50,784 nt of DNA. Origin: a virus (Duplodnaviria > Caudoviricetes). The notes beneath the pieces are model-generated. The model was not told the DNA's origin, did not search any database, and saw only the letters and a list, made by a program, of their open reading frames with translations. The DNA is taken from positions 1 through 50,784 of IMG/VR virus record IMGVR_UViG_3300037424_001831; one strand, 5' to 3'. A program made the translations under genes and the position numbers. Below, piece after piece: positions 1-9,983 of this stretch; the stretch's first letter is position 1; each line of letters opens with the position of its first letter.

Positions 1-1299
1 TTTTCCATTGAAGTTCTTTCCGAAAATACCAGTAAGACCAGATATTTTGTCAAAGTCAATTTTAATTGGTTTTTTATCAAACGAGAGAATGTTACTTATT
101 TCAATAGAATTTAAGTCCCAGTCATCAATGTAATTTAAGTGTGACTCATCAATGTCAAGAGCTTCATCTACTTCTCTTGAGAACTCAAGCAATTCCTGCA
201 TCAATGCATCATCAATGTTGAACTCCCCGTCTTTGATGTATTCTTTAAAGACTTCTTCGAAAGTATACTGATGAGTCTCATCATCTTCAGAGACTTCGGC
301 CACTTCTCTACGCATCTCCTTGAACTCGACCCTCACACTCTCGCATCCATATTTATCCTTAACAAGTCTTTTGATTTGATTCTCCTTTTCTACAGAGTAG
401 TTTTCCTCATAATCTTCCCAGATAATATAAATCTTCGTCTTCTTCTTGTTGCTACTGAACTTAACAAACTCAACTCTTTCTTCTATATCTTCACCTCTGG
501 CAATGTCAATTTTGGCAAACCCATAGTCATTGAGAACGAATTTTCTCTCATGCTCACAAGTATCTGTATCCCACATAAGATAACCCTTGTCGATAGATTC
601 TCCAAAATTTTGTTGAATAAGGGAGCCTGCATACGCACAGCTTTCATCATCTCTGAACGTTTGGTACTCATGGATGTCGCCAAGCATAACCATATCAAAA
701 TTATTGAATGTGCTTAGTCTCATCAGATTATCTTGTTTCACCTCATATCCATTGTCCATTCTGGAACCGTACACAGTTCCATGATAAAATGCAACATATT
801 TTTTACCTGGCTCCTTTTTTTCTAAAGTTAGAATTTCATTGTCCTTACAAGAGTAAACACCATACACCAACTCTTCGTTAATATTGTAAAACCCACTATC
901 TGGATAATAGTAAACAGCGTTGTGGCTATAATCAATCTCACCCTTATTTTTGTTTGTAACAACATAAGCTTTCTTGTCAACTCCTTCCTCAATCAAATTT
1001 GCAAGATAGAAAATAGGCGAAATAGCATCCCCCTGTTCCAATTGCTGAAGGTTAAGGTCATGGTTACCAAGGATAACGTCCGTAGGGGCTATCTTAGCAA
1101 GGCTGAGCAAGAATTCTGCAAGCAAATTAAAAGAGCCTGGAGACATGTTGATTTTATGATGCACAAGGTCTCCAGCCAGATAAATTCTATCTGGTTTTTG
1201 TTTTCTAAGGTCTTCATAGAGCCTGTCAAAAACTTGTCTGTATTCATCGTGTCTTGACCCGAATCTAATTTGTATATCCGCTAAGTGAGCTATCTTCAT
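1..1299 (-). CDS. Fused Mre11/SbcD (gp47-like) nuclease - Rad50/SbcC (gp46-like) ATPase, 3' truncated by the window edge
   Basis: Manual translation from ATG at 1299 (ATGA overlap with the upstream stop) stays open to base 1. It shows metallophosphoesterase motifs HLADIQ, GDLVH, GNHD, YHG, GDIH and YAGSLIQQNFGE, then WDLNSIEISNILSF...GLTGIFGKNFNGK, the SMC/Rad50 N-terminus with Walker A. Confidence 0.88.
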   Translation of the reverse strand, partial: MKIAHLADIQIRFGSRHDEYRQVFDRLYEDLRKQKPDRIYLAGDLVHHKINMSPGSFNLLAEFLLSLAKIAPTDVILGNHDLNLQQLEQGDAISPIFYLANLIEEGVDKKAYVVTNKNKGEIDYSHNAVYYYPDSGFYNINEELVYGVYSCKDNEILTLEKKEPGKKYVAFYHGTVYGSRMDNGYEVKQDNLMRLSTFNNFDMVMLGDIHEYQTFRDDESCAYAGSLIQQNFGESIDKGYLMWDTDTCEHERKFVLNDYGFAKIDIARGEDIEERVEFVKFSSNKKKTKIYIIWEDYEENYSVEKENQIKRLVKDKYGCESVRVEFKEMRREVAEVSEDDETHQYTFEEVFKEYIKDGEFNIDDALMQELLEFSREVDEALDIDESHLNYIDDWDLNSIEISNILSFDKKPIKIDFDKISGLTGIFGKNFNGK

Positions 1300-1532
1300 G
1301 CTTTTTCTTCATTTAAAAATTCGTTTACCTCTTCTTTTGTTGGAACGCCAAGGTTTTCATTACAGTGATTACATATTTTAACAACATCCATTGAGCCTGG
1401 TCTCCAACTAAAGTAGCCAACGTGGTATTCACTATGTGGACACTCACTTCTTAATTTATTAAGTTCTTCTTGTAGTGATTTTATGGTATCATAAATTTCA
1501 TCTACTCTCTTACGTGTATCCTCGTTATTCAT
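1296..1532 (-). CDS. Small coiled-coil plus putative Zn-binding protein (CxH...CxxC); paralog of 26881..27111
   Basis: The ORF overlaps both neighbours; motifs ECPHSEY and KICNHC. Confidence 0.7.
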   Translation of the reverse strand: MNNEDTRKRVDEIYDTIKSLQEELNKLRSECPHSEYHVGYFSWRPGSMDVVKICNHCNENLGVPTKEEVNEFLNEEKA

Positions 1533-2526
1533 CCTTTAAGTTTTTACTAATTTGCATTGACAGGTCAAGTCTCTTTATATTCCTAACAGCTTTAACTAAC
1601 TCTTCCTTTCCATGGTCTTCAAAAATCTTAGAAACATCTTTGTTATAGCTTCTTAAATCTACAAAAAAAACATTCAAACCTAAAGAGGAAAGCTTATTAT
1701 ATGTCTCAACAGTTTTCTCTATAGCATCTGGGTCAAAACAAATTATTACTGTAGAATTATGCTTCATCAATTCCTCTATCAATAATTCTGAAATCTCCTT
1801 TCCAAGTACTGGAATTGCATTAGGAAGCCTAAGCATATCAAAAGGTCCTTCAACAAGAAAAATTGGGAGGTCCCAATTTATAAAATATTCGTTAAAGATT
1901 ATGTCATTTTTATGAACCTCTTCTCCAGGAGGTTTGATGTATGGTATTACTTTTGGACCTTTCATATAGGACCTGGCCTCGTAGTAATTGTATCTACCCA
2001 AAGCATTCTTGGATGGAATGATTATTCTGAGTTTTCTCGGACCAGTCTCAGTATATCCAATATCATACTTATCAATGAGATTCGGGCTTACTTTTCTCTC
2101 ATGAACAAGATAATCCCAAGCAAGTTTATACAGGGGCGTGTTTCTATTTCTTCCAAGTGGATAGTAACCCTCTGGGAGATTACATGTCACAAAGTGGTGG
2201 TCAACCTTAGGTCTGTTTACGTTTTTGTTTCTTAGACTCTCAACCTTATCTGGAGGAAGAATTGATTGAATTCTCTGGAAGTCTGTGTCTGAACCATAGT
2301 CTTGAGCCAAATTGTAGACAAAACCTCTGTAGTCACACTTCCAGCACTTAAATAGATGTTTTTCAGAGTTGTATTCAAGATTGAACTTGTCAACGTCATG
2401 TCGGCATTTAGGGGAGGGGCAATTAAACTGCCACTGTTTCTTAGATAAAGCATCATGTTCGCTCTTAGGTTCACCCAAGAATCCTTTGACAGTTTGAACT
2501 ATAATGTAGTCATTGTTACTCTCCAT
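1525..2526 (-). CDS. DNA primase (Zn finger plus TOPRIM)
   Basis: CPSPKC...CWKC zinc finger; VEGPFD and FDPDA TOPRIM acidic motifs. Confidence 0.88.
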   Translation of the reverse strand: MESNNDYIIVQTVKGFLGEPKSEHDALSKKQWQFNCPSPKCRHDVDKFNLEYNSEKHLFKCWKCDYRGFVYNLAQDYGSDTDFQRIQSILPPDKVESLRNKNVNRPKVDHHFVTCNLPEGYYPLGRNRNTPLYKLAWDYLVHERKVSPNLIDKYDIGYTETGPRKLRIIIPSKNALGRYNYYEARSYMKGPKVIPYIKPPGEEVHKNDIIFNEYFINWDLPIFLVEGPFDMLRLPNAIPVLGKEISELLIEELMKHNSTVIICFDPDAIEKTVETYNKLSSLGLNVFFVDLRSYNKDVSKIFEDHGKEELVKAVRNIKRLDLSMQISKNLKDE

Positions 2527-2564
2527 CTTGCAAATGTAGAGAAATGTTATGACTTACACAAGAA

Positions 2565-3104
2565 TTAATCAACTGATTGCTCGTGCATGATGTTGATGTG
2601 GCATAATCCGATTGTGTAAGCATCACACATATCGTAGTTTTCATCAACAAGCTTTGCGCTTCTTGGCCCATACTTCCAAACGATGTGTGGCTCTCTTTCT
2701 CTAACAAGAGTCCAAATTTCATGTTTGTTTGACTTGCTGTCTTTCTTAGGTTTGAATTCAGGGAAAGCCGTCTTCCTGGCTGTGTTCACATTATAGTGAA
2801 TTGGTTGTATTCCAAATTTTTCATAAACACAAGCACTAATCATCCCATTAAAAAAATTAAGAATAGCTATTGTTCCTGCACTTGAATACTTTCCAGCAAA
2901 CTTTTTGAGAGGTTCCTCAATTACAATGTGTTGTATATTGGAGTTTTCAAGGAATTTTATTTGTTTCTTAAATTCGGCAAGTTTCTCAAACAAAGTTAAG
3001 TTGTTACTAAATTTTACATAATTAAGTTCCATGAGCTCATCGCCAGCTTCATTAAAAAGTGCGTAGCCAATACAACTTGTAGATACATCCAGTGCAAGAA
3101 TCAT
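2565..3104 (-). CDS. RuvC-like Holliday junction resolvase
   Basis: MILALDVSTSCIG, VIEEP and DMCDA catalytic motifs; start moved to the ATG at 3104 at the domain boundary. Confidence 0.8.
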   Translation of the reverse strand: MILALDVSTSCIGYALFNEAGDELMELNYVKFSNNLTLFEKLAEFKKQIKFLENSNIQHIVIEEPLKKFAGKYSSAGTIAILNFFNGMISACVYEKFGIQPIHYNVNTARKTAFPEFKPKKDSKSNKHEIWTLVREREPHIVWKYGPRSAKLVDENYDMCDAYTIGLCHINIMHEQSVD

Positions 3105-3125
3105 AATTTGGTTTTTATGAAATAT

Positions 3126-3154
3126 AAAAAAAGCCTTCGACAATATCAAGGGCT
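3126..3154 (-). terminator. Possible intrinsic terminator ending the structural operon
   Basis: Minus-strand AGCC-C-UUGAU/GUCGA-A-GGCU imperfect hairpin followed by a U run. Confidence 0.45.
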
Positions 3155-3180
3155 CTTTCAAATTATAATAAACTGTATTT

Positions 3181-4266
3181 TTATACGTCTATATCCAAGT
3201 TGAATGTTATCAAATTGGTATAGCTTTTCTCAACTGGTCTGTCAAGCTTAGCAACAGCAATTAATTCGCTATTTTTGTTGTAGAGACCAATCTCTGTTAC
3301 TTGAACTGGGTCGAAACCATTTGTTCCGTTGTCAAGTTCCTGAATATTAAATGCGAGATTCCAAGAAGGATTTGTAGAGAATACAAACTCAGTTGGAAGC
3401 GCAAGGCAAACTACAGAAGTTCTGAAGTTAATGTTAATGTCATTGAATGTTACTTGAGAAACAGATGAACCTCCTGAGAAGTAAATATTAGTTGTTCCAG
3501 ATGTAGCAGCATTAGTATGAAGTTCAAGACCTTCATCCCAAGGAATATTATTAACAATATCTGGGTGAGTTAATACCAAAAATCCTTTGTCTAATGAAAC
3601 ATACCCAACAGGAATATCATAGTTATATCCTTGGTTTGTTGTAGTTGGATATTCTTCCTCAACTTGAACCGCAAGATTCACTCCACTCCATGGTCTTTGG
3701 TCAGTATTAATATCAACAGGAAGAAGGTCACTATAAGCGTGTGCTTGCGGTCTGTTAACAAATGGAGTCACATTCCAAGTTGTTCTTGGAAGGAAACTTG
3801 ATACACCACCCGTAGTTGTTCCTGTTCTTGGAAGGTTGATGTCATCCGAAAATAAGAATGCTATATTGTTTCCAAGGAGAGTTGAGTTTTGATACTTAGT
3901 AAGCTCGGTATAAGTAGATGATACAACTGTAATTGTCGTACTACCTGTCTGAGGAACAGTGAAAGTAACGCTTCTACCATCAATCATCTCATTGTAATAT
4001 TCTCTTGGTATAGGAGAGATTACCATTTGGTCAACATTCATTTGTTGAAGTGATGGGTTTTGAAGCGATAAAGTAGAGCCTGTAGCAAGACTACCCTCTG
4101 TGTGAGGTATCTTAAAAGAAATGAAGTAATTAGCCTCTTTACTTGTAAGGTCTGTTCTATCACACAAAGTATAAGTTAATCCACTATCATTTACAGTTTT
4201 AAATGTAGCATCCTCTTGTCTTGTGGAGATTATACTTGTAATATTTTTGTATGGTACGTTTGCCAT
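3181..4266 (-). CDS. Virion structural protein with C-terminal tail-collar/DUF3751-like motif
   Basis: C-terminus VTEIGLYNKNSELIAVAKLDRPVEK; T/S/G-rich; lies in the tail module. Confidence 0.65.
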   Translation of the reverse strand: MANVPYKNITSIISTRQEDATFKTVNDSGLTYTLCDRTDLTSKEANYFISFKIPHTEGSLATGSTLSLQNPSLQQMNVDQMVISPIPREYYNEMIDGRSVTFTVPQTGSTTITVVSSTYTELTKYQNSTLLGNNIAFLFSDDINLPRTGTTTGGVSSFLPRTTWNVTPFVNRPQAHAYSDLLPVDINTDQRPWSGVNLAVQVEEEYPTTTNQGYNYDIPVGYVSLDKGFLVLTHPDIVNNIPWDEGLELHTNAATSGTTNIYFSGGSSVSQVTFNDININFRTSVVCLALPTEFVFSTNPSWNLAFNIQELDNGTNGFDPVQVTEIGLYNKNSELIAVAKLDRPVEKSYTNLITFNLDIDV

Positions 4267-4295
4267 TTTATTCTAAATTTATATTTATTATTTTA

Positions 4296-4826
4296 TTATG
4301 ATGTTCTCGCCACAGGTGTGGTTGTTGCGGAGTTAGAAAAAATAGCTGAAAATCTTGCTTTAAATTGAATAGCTGAGGATACTTGATTTGTGTCCAAACC
4401 ATAAACAGTAAACAATAAATTTTTCTGAAGAGTTACAGTACTTGATATTGGGGTTGAAACGTTATCTTTAATCCATGTTCTAAGTGCGGTTCTAAAGTCA
4501 GCTGGAATACCTGTTTGATAATCGTAGTATCCATCTGCCACACCATTGGTCTTAATAGAGAATGTAATATACATAACACTTGAGCCTGGTTGTGGAAGCC
4601 AGAACTTAAGCCAATAAGAACCAGCTCCAGTAGTTGTCTGAAGGGGTACTACAACTTTACTCCCTGCTAAATTAATACCATTCAAAGGTATATTGAAAGT
4701 TCCAGATGGAATTGGGCCAGCAACGGTATGTGGCTCAACAAAGGTATTTCCATTGCTGAGATTTGTTGTTGTAAAATTAACTGGGTAGTTAATAACGTTT
4801 ATCGGATTTTGATTAGCTATTGCCAT
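4296..4826 (-). CDS. Hypothetical beta-rich protein, probably structural
   Basis: 176-aa ORF co-oriented within the structural operon. Confidence 0.6.
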   Translation of the reverse strand: MAIANQNPINVINYPVNFTTTNLSNGNTFVEPHTVAGPIPSGTFNIPLNGINLAGSKVVVPLQTTTGAGSYWLKFWLPQPGSSVMYITFSIKTNGVADGYYDYQTGIPADFRTALRTWIKDNVSTPISSTVTLQKNLLFTVYGLDTNQVSSAIQFKARFSAIFSNSATTTPVARTS

Positions 4827-4846
4827 TTTTTCTTATTTTATATTGT

Positions 4847-5305
4847 TTAACCTGCAGGAGCAAATTCAGAGAATCCTGTAGAGAAACCAGTTCCAGTAGA
4901 GAATCCTGTATTTGCTGGAGGAGTTTCTCCTGGAGCTATAGCTGGAATACTCGCTTCAGTAATACTCAGTGTAGGAGGTGTTCCATCTGGAAGGTCTGTA
5001 CTATATTCGACATCAGTTGGTGTGTTATCAAACACATAAGCAATAAGGTTTGACTGTACATAATTAGCAGTAGTCTTGAGACACCCTTCACTCTTACCAG
5101 TAACATCTGGAACTTCGCCAGATTCAAGAAGAGGAATTGTTTGGTAATTAGTGTCTATATCAGAAAGTGTAAACTTTGTGATTTCAAACAAGTCGTCACC
5201 AGCAGTATCAAATCTGTTGTTATTTTTGTTAAACAGATAGTTTCTACCTGTCTCCGTTAGGTAGGCTACTGCATAAACTGTTTCCGCTGAAGGTATATAT
5301 CCCAT
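4847..5305 (-). CDS. Structural protein carrying the N-terminal half of a DUF3751-like motif
   Basis: AYLTETGRNYL...ITKFTLSDIDTNY resembles the N-terminus of 5347..7401. Confidence 0.6.
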   Translation of the reverse strand: MGYIPSAETVYAVAYLTETGRNYLFNKNNNRFDTAGDDLFEITKFTLSDIDTNYQTIPLLESGEVPDVTGKSEGCLKTTANYVQSNLIAYVFDNTPTDVEYSTDLPDGTPPTLSITEASIPAIAPGETPPANTGFSTGTGFSTGFSEFAPAG

Positions 5306-5321
5306 TTCTTATTGTTTTTAT

Positions 5322-5329
5322 TATAAATA
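5322..5329 (-). promoter_or_regulatory. TATTTATA putative late-promoter motif
   Basis: Exact octamer on the sense strand, 16 nt before ATG 5305; it recurs before many structural genes. Confidence 0.55.
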
Positions 5330-5346
5330 TCCTTAATTAAAAAAAA

Positions 5347-7401
5347 TTAAAAATCAATTTCTAACTGGAATGCGAGGTATCTTGATTCATTCTTCTTGAT
5401 TGGATAAGTAGGCTTACCTACAGCAACAAGAACGTTGTCATTGTTCAATATTCCGATTTCAGTTATGTATGTGTTTGTATCTAATAGTCCATCAAAACTT
5501 GAGTTCTGAGTGGATGTATTGTAATTTGAGTCTGGAGCTAACACTGTCATAATTGACTTAAATGAAGTTGCCATTATGGCTGTTGTTATATTTCCAAAGA
5601 AGAATGATTCACTACCAAATGTGAGACCTGATAAGTTAATATCATTATTATCATAAAATGTGTTATCAAGAACATAAGTGCTCCCACTGTTCCAGTCTTC
5701 CTGGGAAACTATAAATTGGAAACCTGCAAGATTTGAAGGGTCAATTGTAAGTGAACCAGTAGCTCCTGTATACAATCCGTTTCCTGTTGTTCCAGAAGAA
5801 ATAAGTCTCCACCCATCAGTTGGAATGTTATCAAAATCTGTGTCTGGATAAAGTGTTGTGTTCACCTCATTAACAAGAAGTTGAACTTTATTTGTATTCC
5901 AACCAGTTCCTGAGAAATTATCCATTCCCGCTGAATTTCTAAGATACGGGAAGAAGGATGTGTTAAAAAACGCCCTCAAGTATTGAGGGTTATTAGAAGC
6001 ATCTACAGTTCCATCAATCCTTTGTATGTATTGACAAGGTAATGATTGTGGATAACCGAATGAAGTCCCAGAAGCATAAGTAGGCTCACTCTCTGTAATA
6101 TATGTTACATAATATGTGTAACCGCTCTTCATTAACCCTGTTGTATTAGATGTATCTAAAGTAGTTGTTGAACATGAAGTGTTTGGAACTGCTGAAGAAT
6201 CAAGATTAAGTCGAGGAAGTGTGTAGGACCTATTTGACTTATATGTCAAAGCTGTCAACAACTCTGGGTCCGTTATAACAATCATTTTAAGTTTATGATA
6301 AACCCTACCAACTACATAATCAGAAGTAGTTGAGCCATCTCTAAGCTCCCTGTAAGTTGTTTGTGCGGCATTATCAAATATTGTTGAGCCTGCGTAATCT
6401 TGAAGTTTAATTCCAAAGTTGGTAACTTGACCTGCAGTACCTGGGTATCTATGCCACATTATATTTGGAATGTCTACGACAACGGTTTTTTCAACCAACT
6501 GCTCAGCATAAGTATTACCTGTGTACTCGTTAGTGTAGTGTATGACACCAAATTGCCTTGTCTCGCTACCAAATCCCATATATTGTTTTGTACCATTATA
6601 TTGGATAGAGCCATAAGTTGTATAACCACTTATAGAAGTATTCGTACCTTCAACAGAACTTGTTCTGATGATATTCATATTCCAAACTTTGGTATTAACT
6701 GTTGCAGCAGAGCCATAATAAGTCTCAATTCCATTGAATGGGTAAAAATATGTGTTGATTACTTGAGTTGTAGAAGCTGCTCCAAAATTTGGTACATTTC
6801 TGTCAAGCGTAACTATTGATGTTCCTGTGTCTGCACTTAAAACTCTATACCACAAGCTATTAAAAGGTGTGCCTGAGTTTATGGTTGTAGATGAGTCGTA
6901 TGTCAATCCACTTGCCGAAATTGGCTCCCATGGAATATACATCAATTCTCCAGCAACTGGGAAATGACCAGTACCACCACCAGCAACCGTAACATTATTG
7001 GTTCCATCTGGAACATATGTTGAGTAGTCGATTGTGTTAGAGCCAAGGTATTCATCAAAGTCGATGGCCCAAGTAACTCCTGTGGTTGTTCCCGTGAAGA
7101 AACCCGTAGTCTCAGTCTGTGCTGTAATGATTTGTTTTGCTGAACCAACCGTAATTGGGGTTGCTTCAGAGCCGTCAAAGCTAAGTGGTAGTGCAAATTT
7201 TGGAGCAGCGTCTTTCGGTGCTATAATTCTATTGCAACACCCTATATCATAAGCTCCAGTTCTATCAATTCCGTAGTTTACTTCCCTATCGGATAGAACT
7301 GCCTTGTTAAATGTCAATTGCCCCAAAGATAGGAGTCTTCTCCCGTCATCGGTAAGCTTTATGTTTATAAAAGTTGTTGGCTCGTTTGGTAAGTAACTCA
7401 T
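5347..7401 (-). CDS. Baseplate/tail structural protein with DUF3751-like N- and C-terminal motifs
   Basis: N-terminus IKLTDDGRRLL...VLSDREVNY; C-terminus ITEIGILNNDNVLVAVGKPTYPIKK. Confidence 0.65.
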   Translation of the reverse strand: MSYLPNEPTTFINIKLTDDGRRLLSLGQLTFNKAVLSDREVNYGIDRTGAYDIGCCNRIIAPKDAAPKFALPLSFDGSEATPITVGSAKQIITAQTETTGFFTGTTTGVTWAIDFDEYLGSNTIDYSTYVPDGTNNVTVAGGGTGHFPVAGELMYIPWEPISASGLTYDSSTTINSGTPFNSLWYRVLSADTGTSIVTLDRNVPNFGAASTTQVINTYFYPFNGIETYYGSAATVNTKVWNMNIIRTSSVEGTNTSISGYTTYGSIQYNGTKQYMGFGSETRQFGVIHYTNEYTGNTYAEQLVEKTVVVDIPNIMWHRYPGTAGQVTNFGIKLQDYAGSTIFDNAAQTTYRELRDGSTTSDYVVGRVYHKLKMIVITDPELLTALTYKSNRSYTLPRLNLDSSAVPNTSCSTTTLDTSNTTGLMKSGYTYYVTYITESEPTYASGTSFGYPQSLPCQYIQRIDGTVDASNNPQYLRAFFNTSFFPYLRNSAGMDNFSGTGWNTNKVQLLVNEVNTTLYPDTDFDNIPTDGWRLISSGTTGNGLYTGATGSLTIDPSNLAGFQFIVSQEDWNSGSTYVLDNTFYDNNDINLSGLTFGSESFFFGNITTAIMATSFKSIMTVLAPDSNYNTSTQNSSFDGLLDTNTYITEIGILNNDNVLVAVGKPTYPIKKNESRYLAFQLEIDF

Positions 7402-7415
7402 TTCAGCGTTTTTTC

Positions 7416-7423
7416 TATAAATA
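7416..7423 (-). promoter_or_regulatory. TATTTATA putative late-promoter motif (left arm of a divergent pair)
   Basis: Exact octamer 14 nt before ATG 7401. Confidence 0.55.
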
Positions 7424-7517
7424 GAATGATAAAATTTATTTAATTCTTCTTCGAAAATAAATAGTTAAGGATAAAAAATAATCTTTTATTATTTAGATTC
7501 GAAAACTTTTTCGCTAA

Positions 7518-7525
7518 TATTTATA
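7518..7525 (+). promoter_or_regulatory. TATTTATA putative late-promoter motif (right arm of a divergent pair)
   Basis: Exact octamer 12 nt before ATG 7538. Confidence 0.55.
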
Positions 7526-7537
7526 GAAAAAGATTTA

Positions 7538-9973
7538 ATGGCAACACCAGCAAATACAGCAAACACTTTATCGGTAGCATTCAGCCCTGGAGAGGACCTT
7601 AGGTTCCAAAACGTCTCGTCTGCATCTATATTTACGTTTGGTGATTACAGAATTGAGAGAAACGTTGAGCCTGATTATGTTGGTGACAAACCTGATAACC
7701 TTAGTTTTACACCGTTCTCAACACTTGAGAATATGGGTGTTGATAACTTTAACCCAGTCTTACACACATCAGTTCAAAATAATGAGCTAAGACCAGTAAA
7801 TTCTGACCCCTACAGTTATACATATTTTGGCTCGTTTTATACTGAGGTAGCACGCTCAATTAATAACATAATTGATAATTTTCCGTATGCCGCATTGGCT
7901 TTTGATGAATTCAATGGAGTTACAGTGTATGACTATAGTGAGTCGTTCAACAATACTACTGGACAAAAGACATCTACATTTAAAATACCTGCAAGCGTAA
8001 TAATTAACGAGGGGTATATTTTATTTAGCTCTGGCTCTCCAGTTGGAAATCAAGTTAGCTTGATGACCCAGACAAATCTTTTTGAAATTCAATTAAGTGC
8101 ATCTACAACTGCTCAGACAGAATCTTATGCAATTAACACATATTCATACTTCCCAGGGGTATCTGCTTATCTTCAATTTGAGATAAACGGACACTTATCA
8201 AGTGGAGCTGTTGTTCCGATTACTGGAACCACGAGTGCCCTGCCTGTCTATATCAGACCCTCAAGGAAAAGAGTTACTGAATATAGGATGCAGCAATCAA
8301 GGCTTGAGAGACAACTTCTTAGAGAGGGGGTGTTTGATATTCCTGATGTTGATGATGAGAAAAGGGATTTTACCTACAGAATTCAGTGGCCAAGGACAAT
8401 AGATGGATTTAATCCAGATACAAGGGGAGAGGCTTTTGAGCAATACAAGAGTGCTATGCTCCTTTTGGCTGGGAATACTGATATAGACAAAACTGACATC
8501 ATGATTAAGACCATGATTCCAGACAACTATATTGAATTCGACACAAAGACACAGATATATCAAAAAATTGCAGCATCTTATGCAAAACAGTTTGATGAGA
8601 TTAAGCAGTTTATAGATAACATAGCTTACGCTCACTCCCTTAATTATAACGACCAAGAAAGTGTTCCTGAGAAGTTCTTAGTAAAACTTAGCAACCTGCT
8701 TGGTTGGAAATTGTCAAGTACATTTAGTGAAATAGACCTTTTTGAATATCTTGTTGATGATGAGAATCCTGACCAAAACTCTTTTGCATACTACAATGTA
8801 GAAATGTGGAAGAGGATTTTGATTAATATCAATTGGCTTTACAAGAGAAAGGGGACAAGGGATGCTCTTCAGTTTATTTTTAAATTAATGGGTGCTCCTG
8901 AGTGCCTCGTTGTATTTAACGAGTTTGTCTACGAGATAGAATCTACACTTTCTAACACGGACCAATTAGAAATAACCAACCCAGGAGCTATTAACAAGAC
9001 AAATGCACGGGGTTTTATCGACTATGATGCAAGTCAATTTATTTTTCAAGAAGGGGGCCCAGGAAGAGGAACTGGTCAAAAATACATTAATCAATGGACA
9101 CCAGAGTTTAATCCTCTGAAGAAAATTGATAACATTAAGGTGCAGGTTGGAAATACTGGTTACACTGGGAGCGAAAACATTGTGAACACAAAAGAATTGT
9201 GTGCAACACTTAGTCCTGCCAATGCAATTGAGTGTGACGTATTCCATTGGTATCAAATGAGCGGTACATGTTGGGTTTGGGGAACAAGTGGCTCTCCTTA
9301 TTTTAGCGGGAACACTGTTCCATTTGAATATGCGATTGATAATTGTGATTTTGTTGCTCCAGATATAATTACTGGAATGACATTTCATGAGTACATGCAA
9401 TTTATCTACACATCGAATATAGAGCCAAGAAATAGAAAGACAAACTCTCAAGTTCACACAACCTTTGGATACCCTGAGCTTAAAAAGATATACATGAATT
9501 ACTATCTCATGTCATACCCTCAGTCAAATAGATTGACAATTAAAAAACTTGAAGCTTTTCTTGGGTTGATGGAGGTTAATTTCCAGGATTATTTATTACA
9601 ACTTATTCCAGCAACTACAATTCTTGAGTGCCAAGGAACAACTTATAGAAACACAGTATTCCACAGACAGAGATTCGTCTATAAAGAGGGTATTAATGAT
9701 GGCTCTGAATTTCAGATTCCATTACCACCAGATTTTAGACCAACTCTTAGGCCAGTTCAGATTAGTCCAAAGGTAAATGATTTTTATAGCAGCACAATAA
9801 CCCCTGTTGTAATTAATAGTGGAATTAGCCAAGGTATAACTAAGAGGTTGACAGCTGTCTCCATAAGTGGAACTGTAAACCAAAACCTATTTGTAGCTGG
9901 TGTTGAGGCATTTGAAATTTACGGTGAAATTCAACCAGGAGTATCAAATACAACAATAGTCCCAGGACCATAA
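7538..9973 (+). CDS. Baseplate wedge-like protein with a P2 gpI / T4 gp7-like segment
   Basis: VPEKFLVKLSNLLGWKL...WLYKRKGTRDALQFIFKLMG matches the tail-protein-I pattern; structural context. Confidence 0.6.
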   Translation: MATPANTANTLSVAFSPGEDLRFQNVSSASIFTFGDYRIERNVEPDYVGDKPDNLSFTPFSTLENMGVDNFNPVLHTSVQNNELRPVNSDPYSYTYFGSFYTEVARSINNIIDNFPYAALAFDEFNGVTVYDYSESFNNTTGQKTSTFKIPASVIINEGYILFSSGSPVGNQVSLMTQTNLFEIQLSASTTAQTESYAINTYSYFPGVSAYLQFEINGHLSSGAVVPITGTTSALPVYIRPSRKRVTEYRMQQSRLERQLLREGVFDIPDVDDEKRDFTYRIQWPRTIDGFNPDTRGEAFEQYKSAMLLLAGNTDIDKTDIMIKTMIPDNYIEFDTKTQIYQKIAASYAKQFDEIKQFIDNIAYAHSLNYNDQESVPEKFLVKLSNLLGWKLSSTFSEIDLFEYLVDDENPDQNSFAYYNVEMWKRILININWLYKRKGTRDALQFIFKLMGAPECLVVFNEFVYEIESTLSNTDQLEITNPGAINKTNARGFIDYDASQFIFQEGGPGRGTGQKYINQWTPEFNPLKKIDNIKVQVGNTGYTGSENIVNTKELCATLSPANAIECDVFHWYQMSGTCWVWGTSGSPYFSGNTVPFEYAIDNCDFVAPDIITGMTFHEYMQFIYTSNIEPRNRKTNSQVHTTFGYPELKKIYMNYYLMSYPQSNRLTIKKLEAFLGLMEVNFQDYLLQLIPATTILECQGTTYRNTVFHRQRFVYKEGINDGSEFQIPLPPDFRPTLRPVQISPKVNDFYSSTITPVVINSGISQGITKRLTAVSISGTVNQNLFVAGVEAFEIYGEIQPGVSNTTIVPGP

Positions 9974-9983
9974 AAAATGTGAA

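Noticed and set aside
271-1257. Track ORFs 271..717 (+), 483..698 (-) and 922..1257 (+)
   Set aside because: They are shadows of the long minus-strand Mre11-Rad50 frame. The same applies to the many short antisense or off-frame ORFs nested in larger genes throughout the window.
2531-2538. TACATTTG as a confirmed Bacteroidota -7 promoter
   Set aside because: A single exact instance in AT-rich DNA; other upstream regions give only mismatched versions, so it is not called as a feature.
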